Shown: positions 48,701-59,829 of the stretch, piece by piece | How the letters are laid out: each line of letters opens with the position of its first letter | Numbering within the stretch: position 1 is the stretch's first letter | Source of the DNA: Tubiluchus corallicola | Lineage: Eukaryota; Animalia; Priapulida | Length of the DNA stretch: 64,000 bases | Reading direction: 5' to 3' | NCBI GenBank assembly: GCA_030141605.1 | Contig: JAQGDQ010000386.1 | Location: 124,001 to 188,000 of the forward strand | Notes under the pieces: model-generated | The model's database searches: none | Told to the model about the DNA's origin: nothing | What the model saw: the letters and a program-made list of their open reading frames with translations, nothing else | Position numbers and translations under genes: made by a program

Positions 48701-51700
48701 TCCCTTAAACTAGTTCAATAAAGCGTAAATATCATTCGTTTAACTTTTTATGCCATTTGTAGCATGCTTTTTACGGCAATGCGGCACATCTTTAGTGCTG
48801 AGAATCGTGAAGCTTTAGGGTCTCCAGGCACCAGGCATAATCAGCCAAAATATCAAAGCGCAGTTTGATTAAAACCAAGTTTAATTTATAATTTATGAAA
48901 TACAGGCAACAAAATATTTAGAAAATAGAGTTTGTCAATTTTTTGAAGCTTCAAGATCTTTAATCGTAAACGTTGTTCTACTTTTTTGGTTAGGATTTTT
49001 TGCCTAGCTACTTCACTAAAGTTTTTATCAGAGCAAATATAACAAACAAATAAAAACAAAGTATTTTATTTGCTCAATTCAGTTCTGATAATAGTTGGTT
49101 TTGCAAAAATGATTTCGGTTCGGTTTCGTTTCGGTTCGCAATTTCAGTTTCGGTAACATCCCAGACTGCAAGCATTCCACGTCTACCGCTTAATGCTTGA
49201 TTCTGGCTCGGAGAATGCTGAAGTCCATGTGAATGCCAGATTCTGGCTCAGGGAATGCTGAAGTCCACAAAAAGCAGAATAGTTGAGTGATCTTTGTGGG
49301 CTCTTAGTGACAGAAGTAAAGCAAAACCAAGCTTAGTGAACATATGGATTAGTGACTTCTTCTGGGTCATTTCGAAGGAAGTAGCAAACATTGAAATGTG
49401 ACTAAAGACACCTCTAATAAATGAACAAAATAACTTTAGTAATGAACTACATACAAGTATTCCAACAACTACTCTTGAATGCTGGTTTTTTTATACCAAA
49501 GTGTATAAAAAAGTTACATATCCAGTAACTACCAACTATTCTCTACCTAGAGCAGCAATTTGCAACCAGTAGGCCATGGACACACTCCAGGGTGTGCCAC
49601 CCAGCCTAATAAAAAATCTTTGCTTCCTCTTTTTTTACCTTTTTTTGTGAATTAGAAGGTGTTGCTTTAAGGGTGGAAATGATACAAAAAACAACATTTG
49701 CTACATCAAAAACATCATTTTAGTACATTTCCTTGTCCTTTATTTAATATTTGTAATAATAGCAAGCACACACCGTGTCCACTCAGCTATTCTGTCCCCT
49801 AATCACAACTTCATAACCATTGTCACTCGTTTTCAATTGTCTTATAATAAATAAGTACATAATGCAATGTAGCATGTTTGTTTTACCACTTCCTCAACAG
49901 GTGGCACACTGGCGTCATCCGAAGCACTTTTGAAAGTATCTATCATGCGATATCTACGCTTGGCCCCGCCTCCTATCCTGTGATTGATGATTCGTCCCGT
50001 GACAGGATCGCGACCGCCCGTTCCCACCATTCTCAATTTCTTTGTCGTATACTTCTCCGGAATTCCACCTACGACGACCCTGCGCGGACACATTCGGCTG
50101 CGGAACTCGTGTAACGGAGGTCGCAACTTCCAAGGTTTGTACCTCTGAAACGAAATGCCTATTTAGTTCAAGTTAGCATTCATATAAGATACAGTAAAAT
50201 TGTAATCATTTCTAGTCATAAATAAAAACAATCACTGGTTGGTTGGCATCCTCCTGTCTCGGAAGACAATGGAGTGTGCGCCAAGAGAGTCAGCTATTGA
50301 TCACATTGATGGAGCTGCAGCGTTGACTGTGGCTGAGCAGTGAGATCCTTGAACGTCTCCAGGGCGCACGCCTGGGCAAGGTGTATGGAGATCCAGAGCT
50401 GCCAGGACAATAGGAACCCCCCTTCCTCGTTGGTGTAGTCCAAAGGAACGTTTGGCACCAGGTTGGCTGCAGGAGCTGCCAGAGTCAGTGAACATGCTGC
50501 ACTGGTCCACCTTCGGGGCTCCACTCCTGATTTGGAAGGTTTACTCCACTACACATGGTCGTTGGGGGTCACTTGACCTACTCCGCCCTCTAGCCGTTGG
50601 CTGCTTGTGCAGCTCCTCTGCCTAGTGTCGAGATACAGTGTGGGCATCCCGCAGACCTACAGCACCTGGTATTCCTAGGTGGTCACCTATACTGATCAGG
50701 CTCTGTGTTGCTTAACTTCATTGATCAGACGAGAACCGGTGTTTTCAACGTGATATGGCCGTAGATAGCCGTCGTCATAATGATTAATAAATAAGTAAGC
50801 TGCGATAAATACATAGATTACTACAATATAAAGATTTATCTATGCGAGTTGCACAATTACTCATGTCCAGGACGATGACACCAAAAATACGCTACACTGT
50901 ATTTAGCATCCGCAAGACTGTATGATTTCGAATCAGAATAAAGATAGCCGCTATTGCAAAGCGAAAAGTGCAACTGCATGCATCTGACAAGCTCATAATT
51001 TTAAATAATTCTTTTTATCCACTGTTTTGCTTAATTCCTGTAAGTAAATTGAAAAGCAAAATGAAGCGAAATTATAAAGGCAAGCAATGAACAATGATGA
51101 TGATATACCTAGAATAATATCGATACGATAACGATGCACCTAGAATAATATCGATACAATAACGATGCACCTAGAATAATATCGATACGTTAACGCCGTA
51201 CCTAGAATAATATCGATACGATAACGACATACCTAGAATAATATCGATACGATGAGGATGTATCTAGAATAATATCGATACGATAAGGATGTACCTAGAA
51301 TAATATCAGTACGTTAACGATGTACCTAGAATAATACCGATACGATAACGATGTACCTAGAATAATATCGATACGATAAGGATGTACCTAGAATAATATC
51401 AGTACGTTAACGATGTACCTAGAATAATACCGATACGATAATGATGTACCTAGAATAATATCGACATGATGTTCGATAATTATTGATACTTATCGGTATG
51501 GGTAACATTCCTACCCCAAGATCACCTGACTGTACTGTACTGTAATGAAGATAGTACCAGCGAAATAGTTTTACAATAGAACATAGTTATGTCATTCATC
51601 ATCTATCTTACTTGTAAAACTTGTGACGTGGAGAAATGTCGCTCTACATTGCGAAGAACTTTAGTGCATGATGCAGGTGAAAGACACAACTGTTTCAACG

Positions 51701-51731
51701 ACTGTATCAAGCCGTACAATGGCTGCACCAT
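45764..51731 (-). CDS. MRPL2: Mitochondrial large ribosomal subunit protein uL2m, 4 coding exons, about 311 aa
   Basis: Exons 51731-51612 (transit-peptide-like MVQPL...RHFSTSQVLQ), 50144-49887, 47570-47426 and 46176-45764 are GT-AG with phases 0/0/1 (936 nt). Motifs: TGGRDPVTGR, IGGG, YDPNRTARIA, ARAAGT, VGRVSN, RWMGVRPRSGRWHRKTG. Confidence 0.92.
46203..46555 (+). mobile_element. MITE family C copy in MRPL2 intron 3
   Basis: ta|gagtcaacctcggatataagggac start, with internal match to 35773-36332. Confidence 0.75.
46753..47120. repeat. 95-bp tandem repeat, about 4 near-identical copies
   Basis: Unit caatagcagagatttaaaagatgcagtccttcccatggttca.... The ORF track shows near-identical ORFs offset by 95. 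Confidence 0.95.
48014..49164. mobile_element. Non-autonomous hAT element containing a family A MITE
   Basis: aatgcaag|CAGGGATGTTACC...GGTAACATCCCAG|actgcaag (TSD matches 7/8), with tttcgg subterminal repeats. Confidence 0.8.
48218..48704 (+). mobile_element. Kolobok/T2-type MITE family A nested in the hAT element
   Basis: aagaaaaccggatgattgtgtaaac...ccagttttccc|ttaa. Confidence 0.8.
50237..50766 (-). mobile_element. SINE with 5S rRNA-derived head (SINE3-type), near full length
   Basis: Minus strand 50766-50653 reads atctacggccatatcacgttgaaaacaccggttctcgtctgatc...gaagttaagcaac...ggtgaccacctaggaataccaggtgctgtagg (decayed 5S). It is followed by about 415 bp of body shared with 27173-27616 and an (aacc)n tail. 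Confidence 0.85.
51107..51465. repeat. 31-bp minisatellite, about 12 copies
   Basis: Unit acctagaataatatcgatacgataacgatgt, head to tail with no spacers. Confidence 0.95.
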
Positions 51732-52105
51732 GGTTTCAAACTTTCAATTCCCTGAAATGATACAAATTCAACGAACCCACAGTTAGTGAAGCTTTCAAAC
51801 CAAATTTTATTGAAAGAAAAAAATGAAACGGATTTGGGTTTGAGCAAGAAACCTTTGCATTTAAATAAAAATTATCACAGATGCAGAACAGCGAGATTCA
51901 AGAACAGCTTTAACTCATACTGCTTACTTAATTTCCAAACTTAAATTTTGACTCATTTAATTTTAATTAATTCCTTTCATGTATCTTCTAACAGTGTATT
52001 AGTGCTTGTCACTGTATGTTCCACTTTGCTTACTTCTTATAAAATTCTTATATTGCAATTTATGCTGTACTGTAATTCAACCTTTTTGATTGATGATAAA
52101 TAAAC

Positions 52106-52145
<40 letters not shown>

Positions 52146-52214
52146 AAATTTCATTGTTCAGTTTTTCAGGTTAAGATACAGTAAGTTCCTGCTTAACGAC
52201 TCCCTGTTTAGCGA

Positions 52215-52815
52215 CGTTTCGTTTTAATGACACTGATCATTTGATAACTTTCTTCCACTTAACAATGCAAGGTTTCATTTTAACAGTTGTCAAGGTTTCG
52301 TTTTAACGACGCTGAACATTTGACAACTTTCTTTCACTTAACAACACAAGGTTTCATTTTAACCGACGCTGATCATTTGACAACTTTCTTTCACTTAACA
52401 ACGCAAGGTTTCATTTTAACGATGCTGATCATTTGACAACTTTCTTTCAGTTGACAACGCAAGGTTTCGTTTTAACGACGCTGAACACTTGACACCTATC
52501 TTTCACTTAACAACGCAAGGTTTTGCTTTAACGATGCTGATCATTTGACAACTTTCTTTCACTTAACAACGCAAGGTTTCGTTTTAACGACACTGAACAT
52601 TTGACACCTTTCTTTCACTTAACAATGCAAGGTTTCGTTTTAACAATGCTGAACATTTGACACCTTTCTTTCACTTAACAACGCAAGGTTTCGTTTTAAC
52701 AATGCTGAACACTTGACACCTGTCTTTCACTTAACAACGCAAGGTTTTGTTTTAACAACGCTGAACACATGACACCTTTCTTTCACTTAACAACGTAAGG
52801 TTTTATTTTAATGAC
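52215..52815. repeat. 56-bp minisatellite, about 10-11 copies
   Basis: Unit tttcacttaacaacgcaaggtttcgttttaacgacgctgaacatttgacacctttc recurs at 52501, 52557 and 52613. Confidence 0.92.
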
Positions 52816-53005
52816 AATTTTTTACTTTGCTCAAAGCCAATTTTTATTTATCAACAAACTTTTCTATCTAATTTTATGCACAGAAGCAGCACATAATGCA
52901 TTATTGAATTTTAAAAACAGGCTAGTAACATAAACAGTGCAATTATTATACAAGTATATGTTTTTGCTTCCCGGCAGACCACTAAATGTTAGCCCTTTGT
53001 ATTAA

Positions 53006-53482
53006 AGGAAAACCGGATGATTGTGTAAACATTAGTTCAGAATAATGAATGCTCTAAAATATTGAAAACTACAATAGCCTTTTTTTAAATCAAAGTTTAG
53101 ATTAAATAATAATTACCTTGGATACTCAAATTTCGTTAATTTTCAAAGCTACGCATGGCACAGTGAATCTACTAAGATTGGCAATGGCGCCTTTTTGTCA
53201 AATTCGCATGGCCGATAAAGAGAAGGCGGTACCGTGATAACCATGGTGGCGAACTGAAGTGTTAGTTTCTGACGTCATATGACAAAGAGCCCATTTTGAC
53301 GTAGGGCCAAATGTACTTGACACGCAAGGGAAGATGCCTGCCATTGCACAAACTGTGGTTGTTTCTGACATAAACATGTTCAGCTGTTAACTTTCCAAGG
53401 TAATTATTCATATATAAGAAAATATATATTTCGGACAGTAAATTAAAATGTGATCGAGTCTAAACAATGGTCCAGTTTTCCT
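53006..53482 (+). mobile_element. Kolobok/T2-type MITE family A with both TTAA TSDs
   Basis: TTAA|AGGAAAACCGGA...TCCAGTTTTCCT|TTAA. Confidence 0.85.
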
Positions 53483-55763
53483 TTAAACCCGGAACATACT
53501 TGGCTCCAGACCTGGGAACAAACTTCATGCTAAGAAATTTTGCCTGCAACCTGTAGCTTTATTTTGCTAAGTTTAAATGACAACAGCAAAACAAACCCAA
53601 CTAAATGACCAAGACCATGCTGAATGACGTGCCCTTTCCATTAAATCACTTCTAAGGCAATTTTTCCATTCTTTCTTATTTACGGAATTGCAAAAACACT
53701 TTACAAGTTACAATACACGGTTCTAAACATACCTCACAAGCTAGGAACGCGAATTTGACTGCAAAATTGATTATAGGATCTTCGATTATACAACAGTTTG
53801 CCACACCTGAAAGTATAATATTTCATACTAAGTTAAGTGACGTCATCTGTCATCCGTTTCCTCCCAAGTTTCAAAAATCTCACCACCCTCTAGTGGCTGC
53901 AAAAAGAACCAACGGAATTGTAATTTATTATCCACTTCAGCATAATTGCTATTTACATTATCACATTACAATTGCTATACATCAATTCAATTGTAGTTAC
54001 AACCATTGTAAAAGAATTATACTAATATGGTTACTGAGTACATAATACTTTAATAGTTTATCAACACGAAATATATGCTGCATGGTGGTCAAGAAGCAAA
54101 GCTTGTGAGATAACCATGAAAAGTGGAGAAAAACTGCTTTTAACTAGCAAGAGAAAGAATTATAGAAAAACAGAGAATAGTAAAGATAAAGTAATAGAGT
54201 AAGATAGAGTAAGAATTAGAAACTATTTAACTCGGTAACAATTATATCTATGAAACCACCATTACTTCATCAATCACCATTTTTTCCAATATGGGTAATC
54301 TCTATTTTGTAATTGGGAATTAACGCTATTTCTACGACGCCCATTACACCCGACCAATTCTCATCCTTCTGAGAATGTGTTTTACTAACAGACTTTTCAA
54401 ACTACTAGCCTGCTACACAAACAAAACTAATATAATAGCTCTGCAGTAAGTCTGAGGCATCAAGTCCTCAACAAAACAATTCTCTTAGTTTTGCTATCAG
54501 CTAGGTGACAATGTGCCAAAAACTAACCAACTGGGGCTACAGTGTTACATCACCTTTCTTCTACACGAGTCTACAAGATTTTTGAAAGTGGCCTGTTCTG
54601 TCGTAACCTTAATACAAAGAGCCAAAAGCACCTACTCAGACCTTCACAAATGCCTTGTCAAAAGCCAAACAACAACAACAACAACAACGATTTCTACTTA
54701 TCGTGTGTTCCAGGGAAATTCATTTTAAATGAGATGAGTGTTAATGGGAAAACTCAGATGCAGCAAGATAGATAATTCCCCAGGAATTATGTAAACAAAC
54801 CTACAGCATCGACCACCAAAGAAACTGCAGTGTTCAACAATTATGAGAACGATCCCAGACCATTTTCTGTTCACTTAAACCAGAAAATTTGTTCAAAACG
54901 AGTAAAAATTTGAACAAAATAATTAAAAACACTAAAAATGGGATCCCACTTATCTAATTCTCTCTGATTAGAAGGTGCAATAAACATACACCTTATTTAT
55001 TAATTTTCCAAAACTGCAAAAAACGGCTTTAAAAGTTACTTGAAAAGTGTAAAATGTGATTCCAAAAGCACAAAAAATAATTCAAAGTGTACTGTACTGT
55101 GTAATTGGGGGAATCTGGTGTTCCCGCGTCTTTAAGCTGGTAAATGATAAAGTTCATGGTTATAAATCCTTCACCAAGCATTGTAAAGTTTTTTTCCATA
55201 ATACTTATTCTGATATTTGCTTACTTGATAATAGTAATGTATACGCACTTTGTTATAGTCGTCATTAATTAAGGTGATCCCTTGTGTGCTTTAATATTGT
55301 TTCATTTCAGGTTATGCATGTTTATACTTCAATCGGTAAAGACCTATAGAGTAGTCAGCTGTCTCTCTATAATGTCTGTACTTACGTCATCACAGTTTCT
55401 TTTCACTTAACACTGTGAGCTCATTGTGCTGTTTGCTACAAAACAGACAATGGGTGATAAACTCAAATTTATAGACACAGCTTTAAAATGATTATAATCT
55501 AGTGATTAAAAAAGTGCATTGAATAAACTCAAACACAAACTCCGTTGCTCAACTTAAAATCAATGTACTATACATATGTTGCAAAACTTTAGTACAAAAT
55601 TCTAAATAATGGGATAGTTTCATGTAAAAAAAAGTGCAACAATTTAGCCTATTAACAAATAACAAAGAAAAATAACAAAATTAACATTTCAGCATAGACT
55701 AATTATGAAATGACTCATACAACAAAACAATACACATGTACTAAATATTATAATCTGTAACAC

Positions 55764-55873
55764 CTATACTATATATATATACTATACTATATACTATACT
55801 ATATGTATACTATAACACCTATACTATATACTATACTATATGTATATATATATATATATATACATATATATAC

Positions 55874-55918
<45 letters not shown>

Positions 55919-55932
55919 CTATATATACATAT
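55764..55932. repeat. (TATAC)n/(TA)n compound microsatellite
   Basis: Read directly. Confidence 0.9.
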
Positions 55933-56154
55933 TTGCTGTTTTTGCCACAATTTTTCCTAAATCATTTCATGCAGTAAATGACAAATTTAAAATCAAAACC
56001 TACAGACCTGTAGAGCAATAATGGATATCACTTTTAAGCTGCCATCATCTGACAAACAGAGTAAACGGGAATACTATTAGCAATATTGAGTAATCAAAAA
56101 CAACTGCGGGTAATAATCATTATCTACAGTAACTAAAATACTAAAATAACATTT

Positions 56155-56643
56155 AACTCAGCCTCAGGTATAAGGTACTCGCTTATAAGGGACCACCAAC
56201 ACCGGTCCCGATTTTTCGTAACATTTTTCCTATGTAAAAATCTTTGTGTATAAGATACTCGGATATAAGGGACTTTCGGTTATAAGGGACAATATCTTCA
56301 GGTCCCGCGTAATAGAAGCCCTGTTAAATTACCTCGCATATAAGGGACACTATAATCAAAGCAAAATTCATCGATTTTTAACCTCAATTTTTTGCAAACT
56401 CAGCCTTCGAACAGCTCGGTTTCCGTGGTCACATACATCTTGCAAAACTGAAGAAAAACTGAAATACCGTTTGCACCGAATGTGTAGCAACAATCCGTAA
56501 AAATATGGGTAAAAGTACAAAAAATTACAGGTCTAGATACACCCTCAGTCTGACTCAACTTCGGCTATAAGGCACATTGGATATAAGGGATGGTTTTTCT
56601 GGTCCTGAGATGCTGAGGTGTCCCTTATATCTGAGGTTGACTG
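56155..56643 (-). mobile_element. MITE family C, reverse copy
   Basis: Ends gaggttgactg|ta. Reverse match to 35773-36332. Confidence 0.8.
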
Positions 56644-56984
56644 TAATTATCTGCAGACGCATCATAAAAAATGAATTAATTCACTCAAATGTATAAAAAA
56701 CATTAGCAGATGAGTTAAAAAATGACAAAACTTTGTTGTCGGCATACAAGGTGATAAAAACACTTGATCACAAAGTATAAAGCAAAAACCGAAGGGCCTG
56801 GATTAACCAGATTCTAACCTACCCACTCAGACACTTTGCCTATGATTTATACTATTTCAATACAAAATTAGGCAAGATTAAAAATCATCAAAGAACAACA
56901 TCGTTGGCACATAGTTGTAATAGTATGAGCATTATGAACTAGCTATTATGATTCACTAAATCAGTATAAAACAGTTCTGCAGAT

Positions 56985-57344
56985 TAGGGGTGAGGATCGA
57001 CTGTTTGAATTCGATTCGAACGAGTTTGTTTAGTTCTAATTCGATTCAAACCTAAAATTATAGATTCGAATAATTCGGCACTTCAACCAGATACGTTCTT
57101 TATCAACAAAACGTTTGAAACATCATACAATTAGCGTAATTTAGCTATGATTTCTGTGCGCAATTTTTAGACAAATTATCAGTGGTTTTACTGAAGTCTT
57201 TTAATATGCATGATCTTTGCAAGACTAATTCTGGTTGGCGGTTCGAAACTTTGTTCAAAATGCTTAATTTGAATTCGAAATACTGAAGTTTGGTTCGATT
57301 CGAAAATCACAAATTCGATGTCTGGCAGAGAATGCTCACCCCTA
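56985..57344. mobile_element. hAT-type MITE with TTCGA subterminal repeats
   Basis: ctgcagat|TAGGGGTGAG...CTCACCCCTA|ctgcactt. Confidence 0.75.
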
Positions 57345-57375
57345 CTGCACTTATTTATCTATAAAAGTTTCAAAA

Positions 57376-57408
<33 letters not shown>

Positions 57409-57998
57409 GCACATACAATAATAAAATAAATATATGATAAAAACCATATAATACCTGAGTTATTTGTAAAGCAAAAATTACCTGTAAAAGAAATAAATCT
57501 TTAAATTTATAAGAATCATGTGTCATTATCAAATTAGCTGATCACATTTAAACTGCACTGTGAGTCAGAAAAAATAATCCTGTATTAATTTTGCTAAATA
57601 TTGTTAACATACAGATTTGATATGGCTGATGGCATTATAAAAAATCAGGAAACATTATGCAAATGCCTTGATTTAAATTTCCAGAAAAACGTGACCGTTT
57701 TTAAACTTCATCTAATTTAACTTATGGTCTAAAATACACATTTTAGTGCAAAAATCCAACAATTACTACATGATGTTTCTGTTAATTAAATATTAGTTAG
57801 GACAGCACAGTTAGTGATGATGTCACAATTGAAGAATCTCAACATAGCCCTCATGTCGAATACCTGAAAACTGACATTAAAACCACAGCATTAAAAATCA
57901 CAAAAGCAAGAAATAAAATGTCCATTGTATCAAACGTTAACATAATAAGAAACAGTATTTTTAAACCTGAGCATGATTGGCTTGCTGCAAAGCCTTAA

Positions 57999-58529
57999 AG
58001 GAAGACCGGATGACTGTACAAAGTATACATTTTCCTGCCTATAAAAGTTAGCAATTGTTTCTTATGTTCGAATAATTAGCTTAGAAAGTTAATTAACTGT
58101 TAATTAACTGCAACCAAACACAGCTATTACTTAGGTCAGAAACTAACCACAGTTTGTGCAATGGCAGGCATCTTTCCGTGCGTGTTAAGCTAATTTGCAT
58201 AAGTGTTACAGTACTGCTTAAACGCGTGATGTCAAGGAAATGGGCTCTACGTCATATGACATCAGAAATTAAGACTGCAGTTCATGATTATGGTTATCAC
58301 GGTACCGCCTTCTATTTGTCGGCCACGCGAATGTGACAAAAAGGTGCCGTTGCCAATCTTAGTAGATTCACTGAGCCGCATGTAGCTCTGAAAGCTTAAC
58401 GAATTTTGAGTATCGGAGGTAATTATTATTTGATCTAAGCTTTGATTTAAAAAAACTGTTGTAGTTTTCAATATTTTAGAGCATTATTTATTCTGAATTC
58501 TAATGTTTACACAATCGTCCGGTTTTCCT
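57999..58529 (-). mobile_element. Kolobok/T2-type MITE family A inserted at the stop codon of the LDLa gene
   Basis: TTAA(57995-57998)|AGGAAGACCGGA...TCCGGTTTTCCT|TTAA(58530-58533). Confidence 0.88.
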
Positions 58530-59675
58530 TTAAAAAAACGAAACTGCAGAGAAGAGTAAAGAGAGGAAAACTGCACTTGTTGCCAACATTTTTTCAGTCG
58601 AGCTGCGTGCCTTTCTCTCCTCGCACATGTAATAATACTCATCAGAGCCATGGTAAGTATCACGACAATCATTTTTGTCATCACAGACTTTGCTTTCGGG
58701 GATGCATTTTTTATTCAGGCATCGAAATGTTCTCGGTGTGACGCATGGTTTACAATTTGGCCCTTCATCTGTTCCATCATTGCAGTCGGTAATATTGTCG
58801 CACAATCTCTCAGCCGACACGCAGCGTCGTTCGTCGCACAGCTTTGCACGGCGACGACAATCAGTGCAGTTGTTTTCGTCGCTGCCATCGTCGCAGTCGA
58901 CTGTCCCGTCACAGAACTGTCGAGCCTTGATGCATTGACCATCTGCACATGGAGATTTCAGCGGTCCACAAGGCGGGCATTGCTTGACCAATTCGTCACT
59001 TCCATCATCGCATTGTTCCAAACCGTCGCAAACTTCAAATTTAAAAATGCACTGCTTATTGTCACAAAGAAAACCAGTTAGTCCCTTACACTCAGTGCAG
59101 TTTTGCTCATCTGTCCCGTCTTTACAATCGACATAGCCATTGCACCGGTGTCGAGAATCCAAACATTTGTGTTTTTCGCAAAGAAAAGCAGTTTCATCAA
59201 AGCATCTGTGCACGCAATCTTCCTCTTCATCATCTCCGTTAGGACAATCTGCCCTCCCATCACAGTAGAACAAGTCGTTGATGCACATTGAACTGTCCTT
59301 GCACTTGTACGGTTTGTATCCTGGATAACGAATAGGACAAACAGTGCAGTTACTTTCATCTGTTTTATCCTCGCAGTTAAAGAAACCGTCACACAACCAC
59401 TCTCTCGGGATGCACTTGTTGTCACAGTGAAATGCGTGATCACCTTGACATGCTGAGCAATCTTCTTCGTCAGAATAATCACCTGGCTCACACATGTGAT
59501 GACCATCGCACAGATATCTATCAGATATACATCTCCCACCCCTACATTGAACACCCCATAATGGTGGATCATACTCTTCCATCAGGCATGGTTCCAGTGC
59601 ACAGACACAGCCTATGGCAGCTGCGGCAACCAAAAGACCAAAAATAATTCTAGGACGAAAACTCCAGTGCGGCAT
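58530..59675 (-). CDS. Secreted or probably GPI-anchored protein of 8 LDL-receptor class A repeats, single coding exon, about 381 aa
   Basis: Likely start is MPHWSF at 59675, 7 nt after a strong ttttttcttttgtag acceptor. Signal peptide ...IIFGLLVAAAAIGCVCA, then eight 6-Cys repeats with CDG..DC.DG(S/T)DE signatures. Hydrophobic C-terminus SSTEKMLATSAVFLSLLFSAVSFF* with no cytoplasmic tail. Confidence 0.85.
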   Translation of the reverse strand: MPHWSFRPRIIFGLLVAAAAIGCVCALEPCLMEEYDPPLWGVQCRGGRCISDRYLCDGHHMCEPGDYSDEEDCSACQGDHAFHCDNKCIPREWLCDGFFNCEDKTDESNCTVCPIRYPGYKPYKCKDSSMCINDLFYCDGRADCPNGDDEEEDCVHRCFDETAFLCEKHKCLDSRHRCNGYVDCKDGTDEQNCTECKGLTGFLCDNKQCIFKFEVCDGLEQCDDGSDELVKQCPPCGPLKSPCADGQCIKARQFCDGTVDCDDGSDENNCTDCRRRAKLCDERRCVSAERLCDNITDCNDGTDEGPNCKPCVTPRTFRCLNKKCIPESKVCDDKNDCRDTYHGSDEYYYMCEERKARSSTEKMLATSAVFLSLLFSAVSFF

Positions 59676-59829
59676 TCTTTTGCTACAAAAGAAAAAAAAC
59701 ACTGAGGATGGATACATGAGAGCAGGATTTTTCAGGAACGTTTTAGTTCTTACACCACTGGAAATCATTATCATCATGGCACAACAAGAAACTGAGATGG
59801 GTAGAGGTTAATCAAGCAAGCTCATTGTA

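Noticed and set aside
50653-50766. Functional 5S rRNA gene
   Set aside because: It has substitutions and a deletion in the internal control region, no oligo-T terminator, and runs directly into a SINE body.
50861-50996. Candidate first coding exon of MRPL2
   Set aside because: No frame reaches a donor in phase 0. The exon 51731-51612 fits the phase and encodes a transit-like peptide.
51107-51465. CRISPR-like periodicity (also the 38-, 56- and 95-bp arrays)
   Set aside because: Units are head to tail with no unique spacers, there are no cas genes, and the context is eukaryotic.
55803-56021. Tyr/Ile-rich ORF (also the ORFs at 63369-63747)
   Set aside because: Translation of microsatellites.
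59676-59777. N-terminal 34 codons of the 415-aa ORF
   Set aside because: They span a polypyrimidine tract and acceptor. The signal peptide starts at the ATG at 59675.
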